Below are positions 19,701-28,447 of a stretch of DNA of 57,088 bases, piece after piece. This DNA comes from Candidatus Bathyarchaeia archaeon (GTDB taxonomy: Archaea > Thermoproteota > Bathyarchaeia > Bathyarchaeales > Bathycorpusculaceae): NCBI GenBank assembly GCA_050012755.1, contig JBEKGO010000016.1, positions 1 to 57,088 on the forward strand. The letters are read 5' to 3'. The notes beneath the pieces are model-generated. The model made no database searches. It was not told where the DNA came from and was given only the letters and a program-made list of their open reading frames with translations. Numbering within the stretch: position 1 is the first letter of the stretch; the number at the start of each line of letters is the position of its first letter. The position numbers and the translations under genes are program-made.

Positions 19701-22462
19701 AGTGTTTGAGTTATGGATGAAGTGGATTTAGGCAAGTCTGTAGGTAAGAGAGGTTCTAAGTCTTTGGCTTGTTGTTCCCATTTACTAACTGACTCCTGCA
19801 GTTCTAACCCTAAATTCTTAATCATCGGAGAAGGATTCGAACCATTAGTAATTAGTTTAAGCAGGTTTTCAGGAATTGTTGTTGCCCATGAAAGTTTGCG
19901 AATCTCATTTGTTAACTCTATGGCTTTTTCCGCGCCTTGAAAGTCTGTTTTAGATTTATGATAGAAGTGACCAAGCAGTGTACGGACTGTTTCAGCTGAA
20001 TCTTCAATCTGAGTCTGCAGCTTTTTGACTTTTCGGGCGTCAATAAGGTCGTTTAATATGGTCTTAGGAACTTTGCCATAATTGGTTACTCTGGCTATTT
20101 GTTTTTGGTCGTTGCGGTAACCTGAGTTGAATATTTTAAGAGAGCCTTGATATTTGCTGCTGTATCTTGCTATGAGGCCGTCAAGGTCCAGTTCGTATAG
20201 GCCATCTGTGTAAGTTTCGTCTAATCTGCTTTTGAGCAAGCTGTGGTCTTGGTAGAGCCGTTTTGCTTTCGTTACTATTTCTTGGACCTGCTCGAAATAT
20301 TTAGCGTCAAACCATTGAGGCTCAGGCTTATCTACAGAAAAAACCAACATTGCCATTTGCGATAGTTCTTTAAGTTGCAGGATGGTCAGGCCATCGCTAT
20401 CTAACCCCAGCATCGTGGCTAACGCCTGAGAGGTTTCACGCCACTTTTTCGAAGCCAACTGCGTGTTTCTTATGAGGGCGAGAAGCCTTTCTTGTTTTTG
20501 TAAGAACTCGCTTTCTTGCAGTTCAACGGCTGGAAGCATCTTGCTGAGAGTGACCAGATGGAGCTTGATTTCTGCTGACCTGTTCAAAGCCAAGTTGAAT
20601 AACGATTCGTTATAACGTTCATTTAGACTAATGCGGGTGTTCTTAATCCATGAGGCAGTTTCGTTGTAACTTTTGGCTTCGCTTAAGAGTTTGTCGACGT
20701 TCGGGCTAGTTAGCCAATAAGCGTCTGGTTTGGGGCTTTCAGATAGAAACTTGCTTACTTCAAGCAGCCAATTTATTTTGGCAAAAGTCTCAGGTGGAAA
20801 CACCCCGAGTTTAGCTGAGAAATCTTCAGTTTCCAACTGCAACTCTCTCAATGTTTCGTTGATGTTTTCAAGTGTTGTTAATACTTCAGAGCGGATTTCA
20901 AGATTGTAGGCGTCGGCGCGGTATCCGAGCCATGGGAAGTCTGGTTCTTCGATTACTTGCCATACCTTGCTGAGTTGAGAGACAAGTGCTTCTAGTTCAT
21001 GCATTTTCTGGGGGGTCAATGTATCCAATTCGGTTAAACCCACGGGAACAAATGGAACTCGCTCAAGGCTTGAAATCAAACTTAAAACTTCATACACGCT
21101 TCTCTGCAAGTACGGTCTCTTCTCATGCAAAGCCGTAACATAACCATTGAGCGCCTCACGATATTCAGTCATTTTTTCAAACTCGTGAGCAGAGGGCAAT
21201 TTGCGGGGTACAAGGTTTTCGTCGAGGCTGCGTTTGAGCTCAGCTACAACTTGCTGTTTGTTGGCTTTGCTGCTGTGAAGTTCAAGGCAGAAATGCGCTA
21301 AACCAACTTCGCTTAAACGTTTGTAAACTACTTCAAGGGCTGCCATTTTGTCGCTGACAAAAAGCACAGATTTTCCGTTGGCTATGCATTCGGCGATCAT
21401 GTTTGCGATTGTTTGGCTTTTTCCTGTGCCAGGTGGGCCTTTCATCACGAAGCTTTGTCCATGCAGAGCATATTGGATTGAGACTCGTTGGCTACTGTCT
21501 GCGTCTAGGACCTGATAGGTTGTTGGAGGCAACTCGATTTTGTCAACATCTTTCTCGTCAGGCAACCCGCTTAAAACCAGGTTGTCTTCTTTGATGCCTG
21601 CGATTGCCCTAATAATAGGATGCTGCGTAACTAAAGCAGCGTTGGCCTCAAGGTCTTTATAGATTACTAGTTTTTGGAATGAGAAAAGTCCAAGGTCAAC
21701 TGACAACTCGGCTTTCCAACCCATCTGAGCAACAGCTTGATTAACCAAATTGAAATAATCTGCTAAATCTTGTGTTTCCCATTCCTCAGGCAAATCGGGC
21801 AAATCAATTTTGTAATCATTTTTCAGCTTAACCTGCAATGCAGGGTTTAGAACAGCTTCTTCCTCAACTGGAGGCACAGCGATTGTGTAAGGTTGGCGAA
21901 TTGAATCTCGTGTTAACTCTAAAGGTACAAGAATAAGTGGCGACGAAACATTTTCTTTGTTTTCCAGGTCAACCCAGTTTAAGGTGCCGAAAGCAGCGTA
22001 TAAAATTCGGACACCACGTTCTCGGTAATCGAGAAGTGAGCGCCACTGCAAGCTTTTGAGGTTTCTTTCAATTTCCAAACGAGTGAAGTTTCCGCTAACC
22101 AGTTGATTTGCTGATGGACGTTTTGGTTCTTCTACAGTGATTTCTTTAACTGCAGCTTTTACATCAACTTTGGCGGTTTTTGCCTTCCCTTTTCCTTTGC
22201 CTTTCACTGGTGTCTTCTCTTGTGGTTCAGGAGTCTTTGTTTCTTCAGGAGGCATCCAAAATTCTAAACGACGCTTTTTCAGCACAAGCGCATTAAAGAG
22301 TGACTGAGGATCAGGCTGCGAAATCGGCATGTTTCCGCGCTTGTTCTTTTTGAAGTATAGAAGATTGTTTTTCCTTGACAAATCAATTAGCCGGGATTTC
22401 CAATCTTCAACTCGCTTCATAGGCTGAGAAGTAACCGTTTCCGTCATCCAGAGCACACCCAA
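16775..22462 (-). CDS. DUF4011 - SF1 (Upf1/Dna2-like) helicase - Vsr/REase-like nuclease - DUF3320 protein (HheA-like)
   Basis: W..RLIDLSRKNNLL (DUF4011), DADSSQ, GPPGTGKSQTIAN, FDEASQ, GDNKQLPP, WHYRS, ENVQGDERD, RRLNVAVTRA, YRIDIGV...GIECDG..Y....ARDRDRLR..VL..LGW. Confidence 0.9.
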   Translation of the reverse strand: MGVLWMTETVTSQPMKRVEDWKSRLIDLSRKNNLLYFKKNKRGNMPISQPDPQSLFNALVLKKRRLEFWMPPEETKTPEPQEKTPVKGKGKGKAKTAKVDVKAAVKEITVEEPKRPSANQLVSGNFTRLEIERNLKSLQWRSLLDYRERGVRILYAAFGTLNWVDLENKENVSSPLILVPLELTRDSIRQPYTIAVPPVEEEAVLNPALQVKLKNDYKIDLPDLPEEWETQDLADYFNLVNQAVAQMGWKAELSVDLGLFSFQKLVIYKDLEANAALVTQHPIIRAIAGIKEDNLVLSGLPDEKDVDKIELPPTTYQVLDADSSQRVSIQYALHGQSFVMKGPPGTGKSQTIANMIAECIANGKSVLFVSDKMAALEVVYKRLSEVGLAHFCLELHSSKANKQQVVAELKRSLDENLVPRKLPSAHEFEKMTEYREALNGYVTALHEKRPYLQRSVYEVLSLISSLERVPFVPVGLTELDTLTPQKMHELEALVSQLSKVWQVIEEPDFPWLGYRADAYNLEIRSEVLTTLENINETLRELQLETEDFSAKLGVFPPETFAKINWLLEVSKFLSESPKPDAYWLTSPNVDKLLSEAKSYNETASWIKNTRISLNERYNESLFNLALNRSAEIKLHLVTLSKMLPAVELQESEFLQKQERLLALIRNTQLASKKWRETSQALATMLGLDSDGLTILQLKELSQMAMLVFSVDKPEPQWFDAKYFEQVQEIVTKAKRLYQDHSLLKSRLDETYTDGLYELDLDGLIARYSSKYQGSLKIFNSGYRNDQKQIARVTNYGKVPKTILNDLIDARKVKKLQTQIEDSAETVRTLLGHFYHKSKTDFQGAEKAIELTNEIRKLSWATTIPENLLKLITNGSNPSPMIKNLGLELQESVSKWEQQAKDLEPLLPTDLPKSTSSITQTLLPLLEEWANETEKQLSPLCALTKETLSTCKQEPQNYKQLLDDLRNAEEIRKKEATIIGEKAQLQEKFGSRFHELETNWEDVVAVLEWTKRVQAAFLEIPVPEIFAVIAAQGPTSAPSSLELNQRLDASLKVLSDFGARFEAEMKYQNQKLKDLEIKVIGERIQALRDRVDDLQVWIDFKDIKNHFALRGLDPFFNRLAEERIAAVDLGDVFRKGVYQDWINNLYNEDPKLGKFRRENHEQLIADFRKIDQDLIRLSSSMVIEQANSRKPQDILIQAADSEAAILQKEAAKKRQLMPIRTLLQKIPNLLVKLKPCLLMSPITVSQFLPAESNKFDLVLFDEASQIVPEDAIGSIYRGKTLVVAGDNKQLPPTSFFQKNLIDDVDWDELSDEDVEVFDSILDECLGIGLPVKTLKWHYRSRHEGLIAFSNHRFYDDNLITFPAAKAQTDSLGVKIVYVPDGIYDRGGKRNNPAEAEKVADLVFEHFRLYPKKTLGVVTFSIAQMETVEEAIDRRLKEQPDFEQFFKEDRLEGFFVKNLENVQGDERDVIFFSVGYGYDQEKQMTMNFGPLNKPGGERRLNVAVTRAREKVVLISSIKATDIDPETKAIGVQTLRYYLDYAEHGPETLESVKTKEGEFDSALDEDVAAEIKKMGYEVVPQVGCSGYRIDIGVSDPVNPGSFLLGIECDGATYKSSSSARDRDRLREQVLRQLGWRIHRIWSPAWVARRDSEIRRLKDALEQAQQFQLEKDALKPVIDVKADNAPETDVQRNQFGGVEKIGVPYKIQPLKATFNPYIKVATANKTYDSKQKNEFHFPENRETQTKLLAELIQKEGPVHFQYAVERLAAALGVKQVTSQITHAVKEALNNLLREQKVVIKGSFLWPPELKQTPIRVPIQGIPESKRKPEYIAPEEVESAMQLVAQYALGISEDSLIAETAKVFGLNHSGQDAKVVFSEILKRLIRDRKLVCKDDVVTAA

Positions 22463-22572
22463 ATGGTATAGTCTGCATTATACGCAGATGGTTCTTTAAT
22501 ATTTGCGGTATCTCTGTGACACAGCAAACAATCAATTTCCTAACTTTTAAGCTGTAAAAGAGTCACTTGGCT

Positions 22573-23199
22573 CTACTTGCATGTTGAAATTGCATCAAAA
22601 ACCACTCGCCTAACGTTCTCGAGTCCCACCTTTCGTGTTTCAATTATCGGCACTTCAAGTCCTGCTTCTTTCAGTTCTTCTTTCATTTTTTCAGCGTTAC
22701 CGCACGTGTCCAACAACACGAAGCCTTTGATGCCGCTAAACATGCCCACAAAAGCCGCCTCATCCATGCCTTGCTTAAGCAATTCACCTTTCATGTGCTT
22801 AAAGAACTCTATCATGCCTGGACCCATAAACATCAAGTTATGTTCAGGGTCAGCCTCTAATGATTTTCCTTTGCCGCCAAGTTGACAGCCAACGCAGTTG
22901 ACGGCGTCAACCTTAACTATGCCGTAGTCATCCGCTAGTTTTTTCATTTCGCCGTTTGGCCCAATACAGAGGTCGCCATAAACCAACACAACTTTCCGCT
23001 TAGAACTTTTCAGAGTATGTTCTAGAACACGGCGCAGGTTTTTCTCCACTGCCTCATATTCAACGTGGAAATATTTGCTGACAAAAACTAAATCTGCATC
23101 GAGTTCGCCCTGATTTACTAAATGCTCGAGTTCCTGTCTTAGAACGCTGCAAGAAACAAGGCAGACCTTGGGTTTTTTGTTCATTTTATTCAGCTTCAA
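22573..23199 (-). CDS. DUF1638-like protein
   Basis: LVSCSVLRQE, LVYGDLC, VDAVNC conserved Cys pattern. Confidence 0.65.
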   Translation of the reverse strand: MKLNKMNKKPKVCLVSCSVLRQELEHLVNQGELDADLVFVSKYFHVEYEAVEKNLRRVLEHTLKSSKRKVVLVYGDLCIGPNGEMKKLADDYGIVKVDAVNCVGCQLGGKGKSLEADPEHNLMFMGPGMIEFFKHMKGELLKQGMDEAAFVGMFSGIKGFVLLDTCGNAEKMKEELKEAGLEVPIIETRKVGLENVRRVVFDAISTCK

Positions 23200-23328
23200 A
23201 TTTAAGCATAGTTATCTATTTGTCAATAAAGCTTTTCTTTAAATCATATTAAGAAATTGATGCAAAAATCATTCTAAAATAAGTAGATTTACTTAAAACT
23301 TATATACTAAACGAGTAAGCACTAAATT

Positions 23329-23426
23329 GATAGGTGAAGAATGCTTGCAAAGCGGTTGGAATCTATTCCCCCTCTCTTCCTAAAAAGAGGTTATTTTTCC
23401 AATCGTTAGTGGGAGACTCACCTATT
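23329..23426 (+). ncRNA. Putative structured small RNA (overlaps a 22-codon ORF, 23341-23409)
   Basis: Nested helices 23329-37/23418-26, 23351-61/23397-407 and 23371-75/23386-90; TTATATA at 23300; T-rich tract downstream. Confidence 0.55.
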
Positions 23427-23475
23427 CTTTTTAACACTTCCAGAAAAAAAATGGCTTACTATTTTCGGGTTAACG

Positions 23476-23874
23476 TTAAGGTTTAAAGCAGTATCTATGC
23501 CACTGCGGCCACGCCTGCGTTGTACTGCATGTCCCGAAATCCAAAGTTAATTCCATACCTATCTTCAGTTGCTCTTGCTTTAAGCCTTGAATCATGCCTG
23601 GAATTTTTAAGCCGCTCTCCAGCTGCACAATGCCAACGGCATAGGGGGTTAGAGCTTGGAATTGCTGCGGTGCCACACTTATAACTGTGTAAGTAAGTAA
23701 TTTGCCCCTCCCTGAAATGCTGACCCACTCGAAATCTTGGGAAAAGCAGTTGTCGCACAGCGGTCTGGGTGGCAGATGGATTTTGCCGCATTTCAAACAT
23801 CTGGCAGCCATGAGCTTTTGCTCTTTGAGGAACTTGTAGAATTGCTCAATGGTGAATGGTTGATGAGTGCTCAT
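23476..23874 (-). CDS. DUF35 Zn-ribbon/OB-fold protein (thiolase partner)
   Basis: CLKCG..HLPPRPLCDNC, G.LLTYT, PYAVGIVQL. Confidence 0.92.
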   Translation of the reverse strand: MSTHQPFTIEQFYKFLKEQKLMAARCLKCGKIHLPPRPLCDNCFSQDFEWVSISGRGKLLTYTVISVAPQQFQALTPYAVGIVQLESGLKIPGMIQGLKQEQLKIGMELTLDFGTCSTTQAWPQWHRYCFKP

Positions 23875-25055
23875 TATTGATCTCTCCTGTAGATGTGGAC
23901 TGCTGCAGTAGCGCCTGAACCTCCAACATTATGTGTTAAACCGACTTTGGCGTCTTTTACTTGGCGTTTTCCAGCTTGCTCAGTAAGTTGCAGATAAATT
24001 TCGTAGGTTTGAGCGGTTCCAGTAGCGCCCACTGGATGACCTTTGGCTTTTAAGCCACCGCTAGTGTTAACGGGGATTCGTCCGCCGAGGCGGGTTTCGC
24101 CGCTTTCTACGAGTTTTCCTCCTTTGCCGATTGGGCAGAATTCTAAGTCTTCGTAAGCCATCAATTCAGCGAAAGTGAAGCAATCGTGAACCTCAGCTAA
24201 GTCGATGTCCCTTGGCTTAGCGTTTGCCATTTCATAAGCAGTTTTCGCCGCAAGTTTGGTGGCGTTGAGTGAGGTGAGGCTTTTGCGCTCATACAATCCG
24301 ATGCTGTCACTGGCTTGTCCGCTGCCAATTATCTGAACAGGCATGTCAGTATACTTGCTGGCCAATTCAGGCTTGCTCAAAATTATGCAGCTTGCCCCAT
24401 CAGTTATCAGCGAGCAATCGAACAGTTTTAATGGCCAAGCTACATATCGTGAAGCTAGAGCTGCTTCAAGAGTGATTTCTTTTTGCATGTGAGCTTTAGG
24501 GTTAAGGCTGCCATGATAGTGATTTTTAACTGCAACAGAAGCCATCTGCTTCTCCGTTGTGCCAAACTCATGCATGTGAGCCGTTGCCATCATAGCAAAT
24601 AACGCTGGAAAAGTGATGCCATGCCACTGTTCAAACGGGTAATCCGACGCCATAGCCAAATACTCAGTAACCTCAGCCGTGGTGCGATGCGTCATCTTCT
24701 CAACACCGCCAACCATAACCACATCAGCAAGTCCAGACATTGTAGCGTAAATTCCTGCTCGTAAAGCTGTTCCTGACGAAGCACAAGCAGATTCGGTGCG
24801 GGTTGCTGGAATGCCGGTGAGCCCTGCCCAGTCAGCGGCGGCTGCTCCCATGTGCCCTTGATGCTCATATGCTTCACCCATATGCCCAATGAACAGTGCT
24901 TTGATGTCGCCTTTTGGGTCAAGTTTAGGGCAGCGTGTGAATGCTTCATGGGCTGCTTCAGAGAAGATTTCTCTTGCAAGTAAACCATCATGCTTGCCAA
25001 ACCTGGACATGCCAGCACTGATTATGCTGACGAGTGGTTTCCCATTCAAACCCAA
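23874..25055 (-). CDS. Archaeal/SCP2-type thiolase (acetyl-CoA acetyltransferase)
   Basis: ESACASS, EVHDCFT, GHPVGATG, HNVGG. Confidence 0.93.
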   Translation of the reverse strand: MGLNGKPLVSIISAGMSRFGKHDGLLAREIFSEAAHEAFTRCPKLDPKGDIKALFIGHMGEAYEHQGHMGAAAADWAGLTGIPATRTESACASSGTALRAGIYATMSGLADVVMVGGVEKMTHRTTAEVTEYLAMASDYPFEQWHGITFPALFAMMATAHMHEFGTTEKQMASVAVKNHYHGSLNPKAHMQKEITLEAALASRYVAWPLKLFDCSLITDGASCIILSKPELASKYTDMPVQIIGSGQASDSIGLYERKSLTSLNATKLAAKTAYEMANAKPRDIDLAEVHDCFTFAELMAYEDLEFCPIGKGGKLVESGETRLGGRIPVNTSGGLKAKGHPVGATGTAQTYEIYLQLTEQAGKRQVKDAKVGLTHNVGGSGATAAVHIYRRDQ

Positions 25056-25234
25056 AGTTCCCTCTGTGATACCTATAGATTTATGTTAAGCCTCAATAAA
25101 AACCATACAATAAAAAACGCGTAATTGCCACTGATAAAAAGAAAATAGGGTTTTACGAATCTGAATAAGAATGCTTTCTGCGCCATGTTAAATGTCGTTT
25201 AGCTTTTACAGAGGAGTTCTAGCAGAGTCTTCTA

Positions 25235-25384
25235 TTATTTTTTCTTTGAGAAACCAAAAAACGAACGCTTAGGTCTTTTGCAATACGGCAGTTTACCTTT
25301 TGCTCCGTGATGTTGAATGCATTCGTCGCATTTGCCGTGCCTTTCACATTTCTTTTTTGGGCAAGGGCAATCTTCTCGAATCAT
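25235..25384 (-). CDS. 49-aa Cys/His-rich small protein (DUF6485-like), below the ORF-track cutoff
   Basis: Manual translation: MIREDCPCPKKKCERHGKCDECIQHHGAKGKLPYCKRPKRSFFGFSKKK. Confidence 0.75.
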   Translation of the reverse strand: MIREDCPCPKKKCERHGKCDECIQHHGAKGKLPYCKRPKRSFFGFSKKK

Positions 25385-25507
25385 AAAGCTAAGTTAGGAG
25401 ATATTCCTTTTAGTTTTTTCCCAAAAAATGTTTCAATCAGGGCAAATCCATGCTGTTTTAGCTAAAGAGTTAAAACATCGTTTTTGCGGTAAGTTAAATC
25501 GAGAAAA

Positions 25508-28393
25508 GTGCAAGTTCAAAGTTCTGTTTTCGAGTTACTCGCTAAACCTGTCCGCAAAGCCTTAGCTGAGCTTGGGTTCTCAGAGCCCACCCTACCGCAG
25601 ACTCTGGCGTTTTCGCCTGTATTGGAGGGCAAAAATGTGCTTTTGATTGCGCCAACGGGTACGGGAAAAACCGAAGCCGTTCTGCTACCCGTCTTCTCAA
25701 AGTTGGTGGAGCAGAAAAATCAGGAGCAAGCGGGGATTCAAGTAATTTACATCACACCTCTTCGCGCGTTGAACCGTGATATGTTTAAACGGTTAACGTT
25801 CTGGAGCGAACAGTTGGACATAACGGTGGAAGTGAGGCATGGTGACACGGAAATGAAAATCCGCAGAAAACAAGCGCTCAAGCCACCCCAAATGCTTGTG
25901 ACTACACCCGAAACGTTGCAGGCGATTCTTTCTGGTTCACAAATGCGTCGGCACCTCAGCAACGTGCAATGCGTCATTATTGATGAGGCACATGATTTGG
26001 CGGAGAGCAAACGTGGCGCGCAGCTTTCAATTGCGCTTGAAAGAATTTTAGAAGTCACGGGAAAAGAGTTCCAAAGAATCGGCTTATCTGCCACAGTTGG
26101 CAATCCTGATGAAGTTGCAAAGTTTATTGCCGGAACGGGCAGGGAAATCAGCATTGTGCAAGCGGTTTTGGCTAAAAACTACCGTTACCGTGTCGAATTC
26201 CTAACGCCAACGGAAAAGGATTATGAATTAGCGGCTAAATTAGAAACTTCCCCTGAAGCATCGGCTAGAATTCGAAGGTTAACCGAACTGATCGACAGCC
26301 ATAAGTCGTCTTTGATTTTTGTTAATAGTCGAACTATCGCCGAACTGCTTGGTCACCGATTTGACCAACTCAATCGAACGGATATAGGTGTGCATCATGG
26401 TTCACTTTCAAAGGAAGAACGCACCAGCGTAGAAGACACGTTCAAAGCGGGAACACTCAAAGCAATCATCTGCACAAGCACCTTTGAGCTAGGCATAGAC
26501 ATTGGCAACGTCGATTTAGTTATTCAATACATGTCACCAAGGCAAGTCAGCAGTCTAATCCAGAGGGTTGGCAGAAGCGGACACAGTCTTGAACGTCTCT
26601 CGGAAGGAGTAATAATCACAGCACATCCTGATGATACTTTAGAGTCAATGGCGGCTGTGCAAAACGCTAAGCAAAACAGGCTTGAACCTGTACTGTTTCA
26701 CAAGAACGCATTGGATGTTTTGGCACATCAAATTGCAGGCATCCTCATGGACAAAGAAACCATTAGCCAAATTGAACTCCTAAAAATCATAAACCGAGCC
26801 TACCCGTATAGCACTCTGACTTTGGAGAAGCTTCAAGATGTGATACAGTTTTTAGAGAGCCTGCATAAACTTAGACTTGAGGAAGAAGGAAAAGTTTTGA
26901 AGAAAACAGGAAGAACACGCGAATATTACTATAGCAATCTATCAATGATTCCCGATGAAAAACGTTACCCAGTAATTAACGTGCTTACTGACAGAAGAAT
27001 CGGCACGCTTGGCGATGAATTCATGACACTACATGCACGGGTCGGATTGCATTTTATCATGCGGGGAAAAGTTTGGCGCATGGTCCAAATCGATGATGAA
27101 ACAGGAACCGTGCACGTTGTGCCAGCCGAAGATCCGTCAGCCGCGATTCCAGGTTGGGATGGAGAAATCCTGCCCGTTCCATTTGACCTGGCGCAGCAAA
27201 CAGGGGAAATGCGGGAGAAAATCGGGAAACTGCTAAAAGAAGGCAAAAAACCTGAGGCTGCAGCTGAAGAGCTAGCCGCCGAATTGAAGACTGATAAGGC
27301 AACACCTGTTGACGCAGCAGTAGAAATTGATGACTACCTGAAAACGGGAGCTCCCTTGCCCACCCAAAACCGAATAGTCATAGAAGTACTGGACCGATAC
27401 ATTGTTGTCCACGCGTGTTTTGGCGAGATTGTTAACCGCACACTCGGCGGGATCTTCGATTCAGTTCTTTCTGAACGAGAAGCCATAACAGGGTGGTGGA
27501 CGGACGGCTACCGCATCTTGCTTGAAACAACTCACAAACTTTCCAGAATGGAGACTGAAGGCTTACCCAAAGAACTATTCAACTTAACTGACGAACGCGT
27601 AGATGAAACATTTTTGAATTATGTGAACTCCAAATTTCCATTTGTAAGTCGAATGAAAGCGGTTGCCGAAAGGTTCGGGGCTCTACCAAGAGGCAAAACA
27701 TTAGCTCATTCTGAACGGGGAGAAAAGCTCCAAGCCGCCTTTAAGGACACACCAATTTATGATGAAACCTTGCGGGAAGCCATGATGGATAAAGTGGACC
27801 TGCAAAAAACCAAGCAGATAATGCATGAAATAAAAGAGGGAAAAATCACAGTCACCGCGCTTGCCCACGAAACGCCATCGCCGCTGGCATATCACATTTT
27901 GATGCAGTACGCTGACACAGCCGAGTTAATGGCGCCTCAACGGGTCATCTTAAGTAACATTGACAGAATGAAACATTCCATTGAAGCGAGAAGCGCCAAA
28001 CTGCTTTGCATGAACTGCGGAACATGGACAACTCAGATGCGCGTAAAAGATTTACCTGAAGAGCCACAATGCGGAAACTGCAACTCACGCTTGCTTACTC
28101 TGCTGTATTTCAGCCAAGACATAGAAAAGTTGAAAGGAGATTTGAAGAAACGTCGTGAAGGCAAAGAACTTACCCCTGAAGAACTCAAAGAACTAAGCAA
28201 CGCCAGACGAAAAGCCGATTTGATTCTCAGCTATGGCAAACAGGCGGTCAAAGCGTTGCAGGTTAAAGGGGTTGGTCCCGAAACGGCTTCGAGGATTCTG
28301 GGCAAAATGCATCCCAACGAGGACCAGTTTTACATGGATTTGCTGAAAGCGAAAATTCAGTATTTGCGGACAAGAGAATTCTGGGACAAATAA
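25508..28393 (+). CDS. lhr: Lhr-like SF2 helicase with C-terminal Zn finger
   Basis: APTGTGKTEA, TTPETL, DEAH, LSAT, HHGSLS, QRVGRSGH, CMNC/CGNC. Confidence 0.9.
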   Translation: MQVQSSVFELLAKPVRKALAELGFSEPTLPQTLAFSPVLEGKNVLLIAPTGTGKTEAVLLPVFSKLVEQKNQEQAGIQVIYITPLRALNRDMFKRLTFWSEQLDITVEVRHGDTEMKIRRKQALKPPQMLVTTPETLQAILSGSQMRRHLSNVQCVIIDEAHDLAESKRGAQLSIALERILEVTGKEFQRIGLSATVGNPDEVAKFIAGTGREISIVQAVLAKNYRYRVEFLTPTEKDYELAAKLETSPEASARIRRLTELIDSHKSSLIFVNSRTIAELLGHRFDQLNRTDIGVHHGSLSKEERTSVEDTFKAGTLKAIICTSTFELGIDIGNVDLVIQYMSPRQVSSLIQRVGRSGHSLERLSEGVIITAHPDDTLESMAAVQNAKQNRLEPVLFHKNALDVLAHQIAGILMDKETISQIELLKIINRAYPYSTLTLEKLQDVIQFLESLHKLRLEEEGKVLKKTGRTREYYYSNLSMIPDEKRYPVINVLTDRRIGTLGDEFMTLHARVGLHFIMRGKVWRMVQIDDETGTVHVVPAEDPSAAIPGWDGEILPVPFDLAQQTGEMREKIGKLLKEGKKPEAAAEELAAELKTDKATPVDAAVEIDDYLKTGAPLPTQNRIVIEVLDRYIVVHACFGEIVNRTLGGIFDSVLSEREAITGWWTDGYRILLETTHKLSRMETEGLPKELFNLTDERVDETFLNYVNSKFPFVSRMKAVAERFGALPRGKTLAHSERGEKLQAAFKDTPIYDETLREAMMDKVDLQKTKQIMHEIKEGKITVTALAHETPSPLAYHILMQYADTAELMAPQRVILSNIDRMKHSIEARSAKLLCMNCGTWTTQMRVKDLPEEPQCGNCNSRLLTLLYFSQDIEKLKGDLKKRREGKELTPEELKELSNARRKADLILSYGKQAVKALQVKGVGPETASRILGKMHPNEDQFYMDLLKAKIQYLRTREFWDK

Positions 28394-28447
28394 GCACTTG
28401 ATGGCTTGCAAGCTTTAATAGGTAATTGTTGAATCTCTGACTTAACT

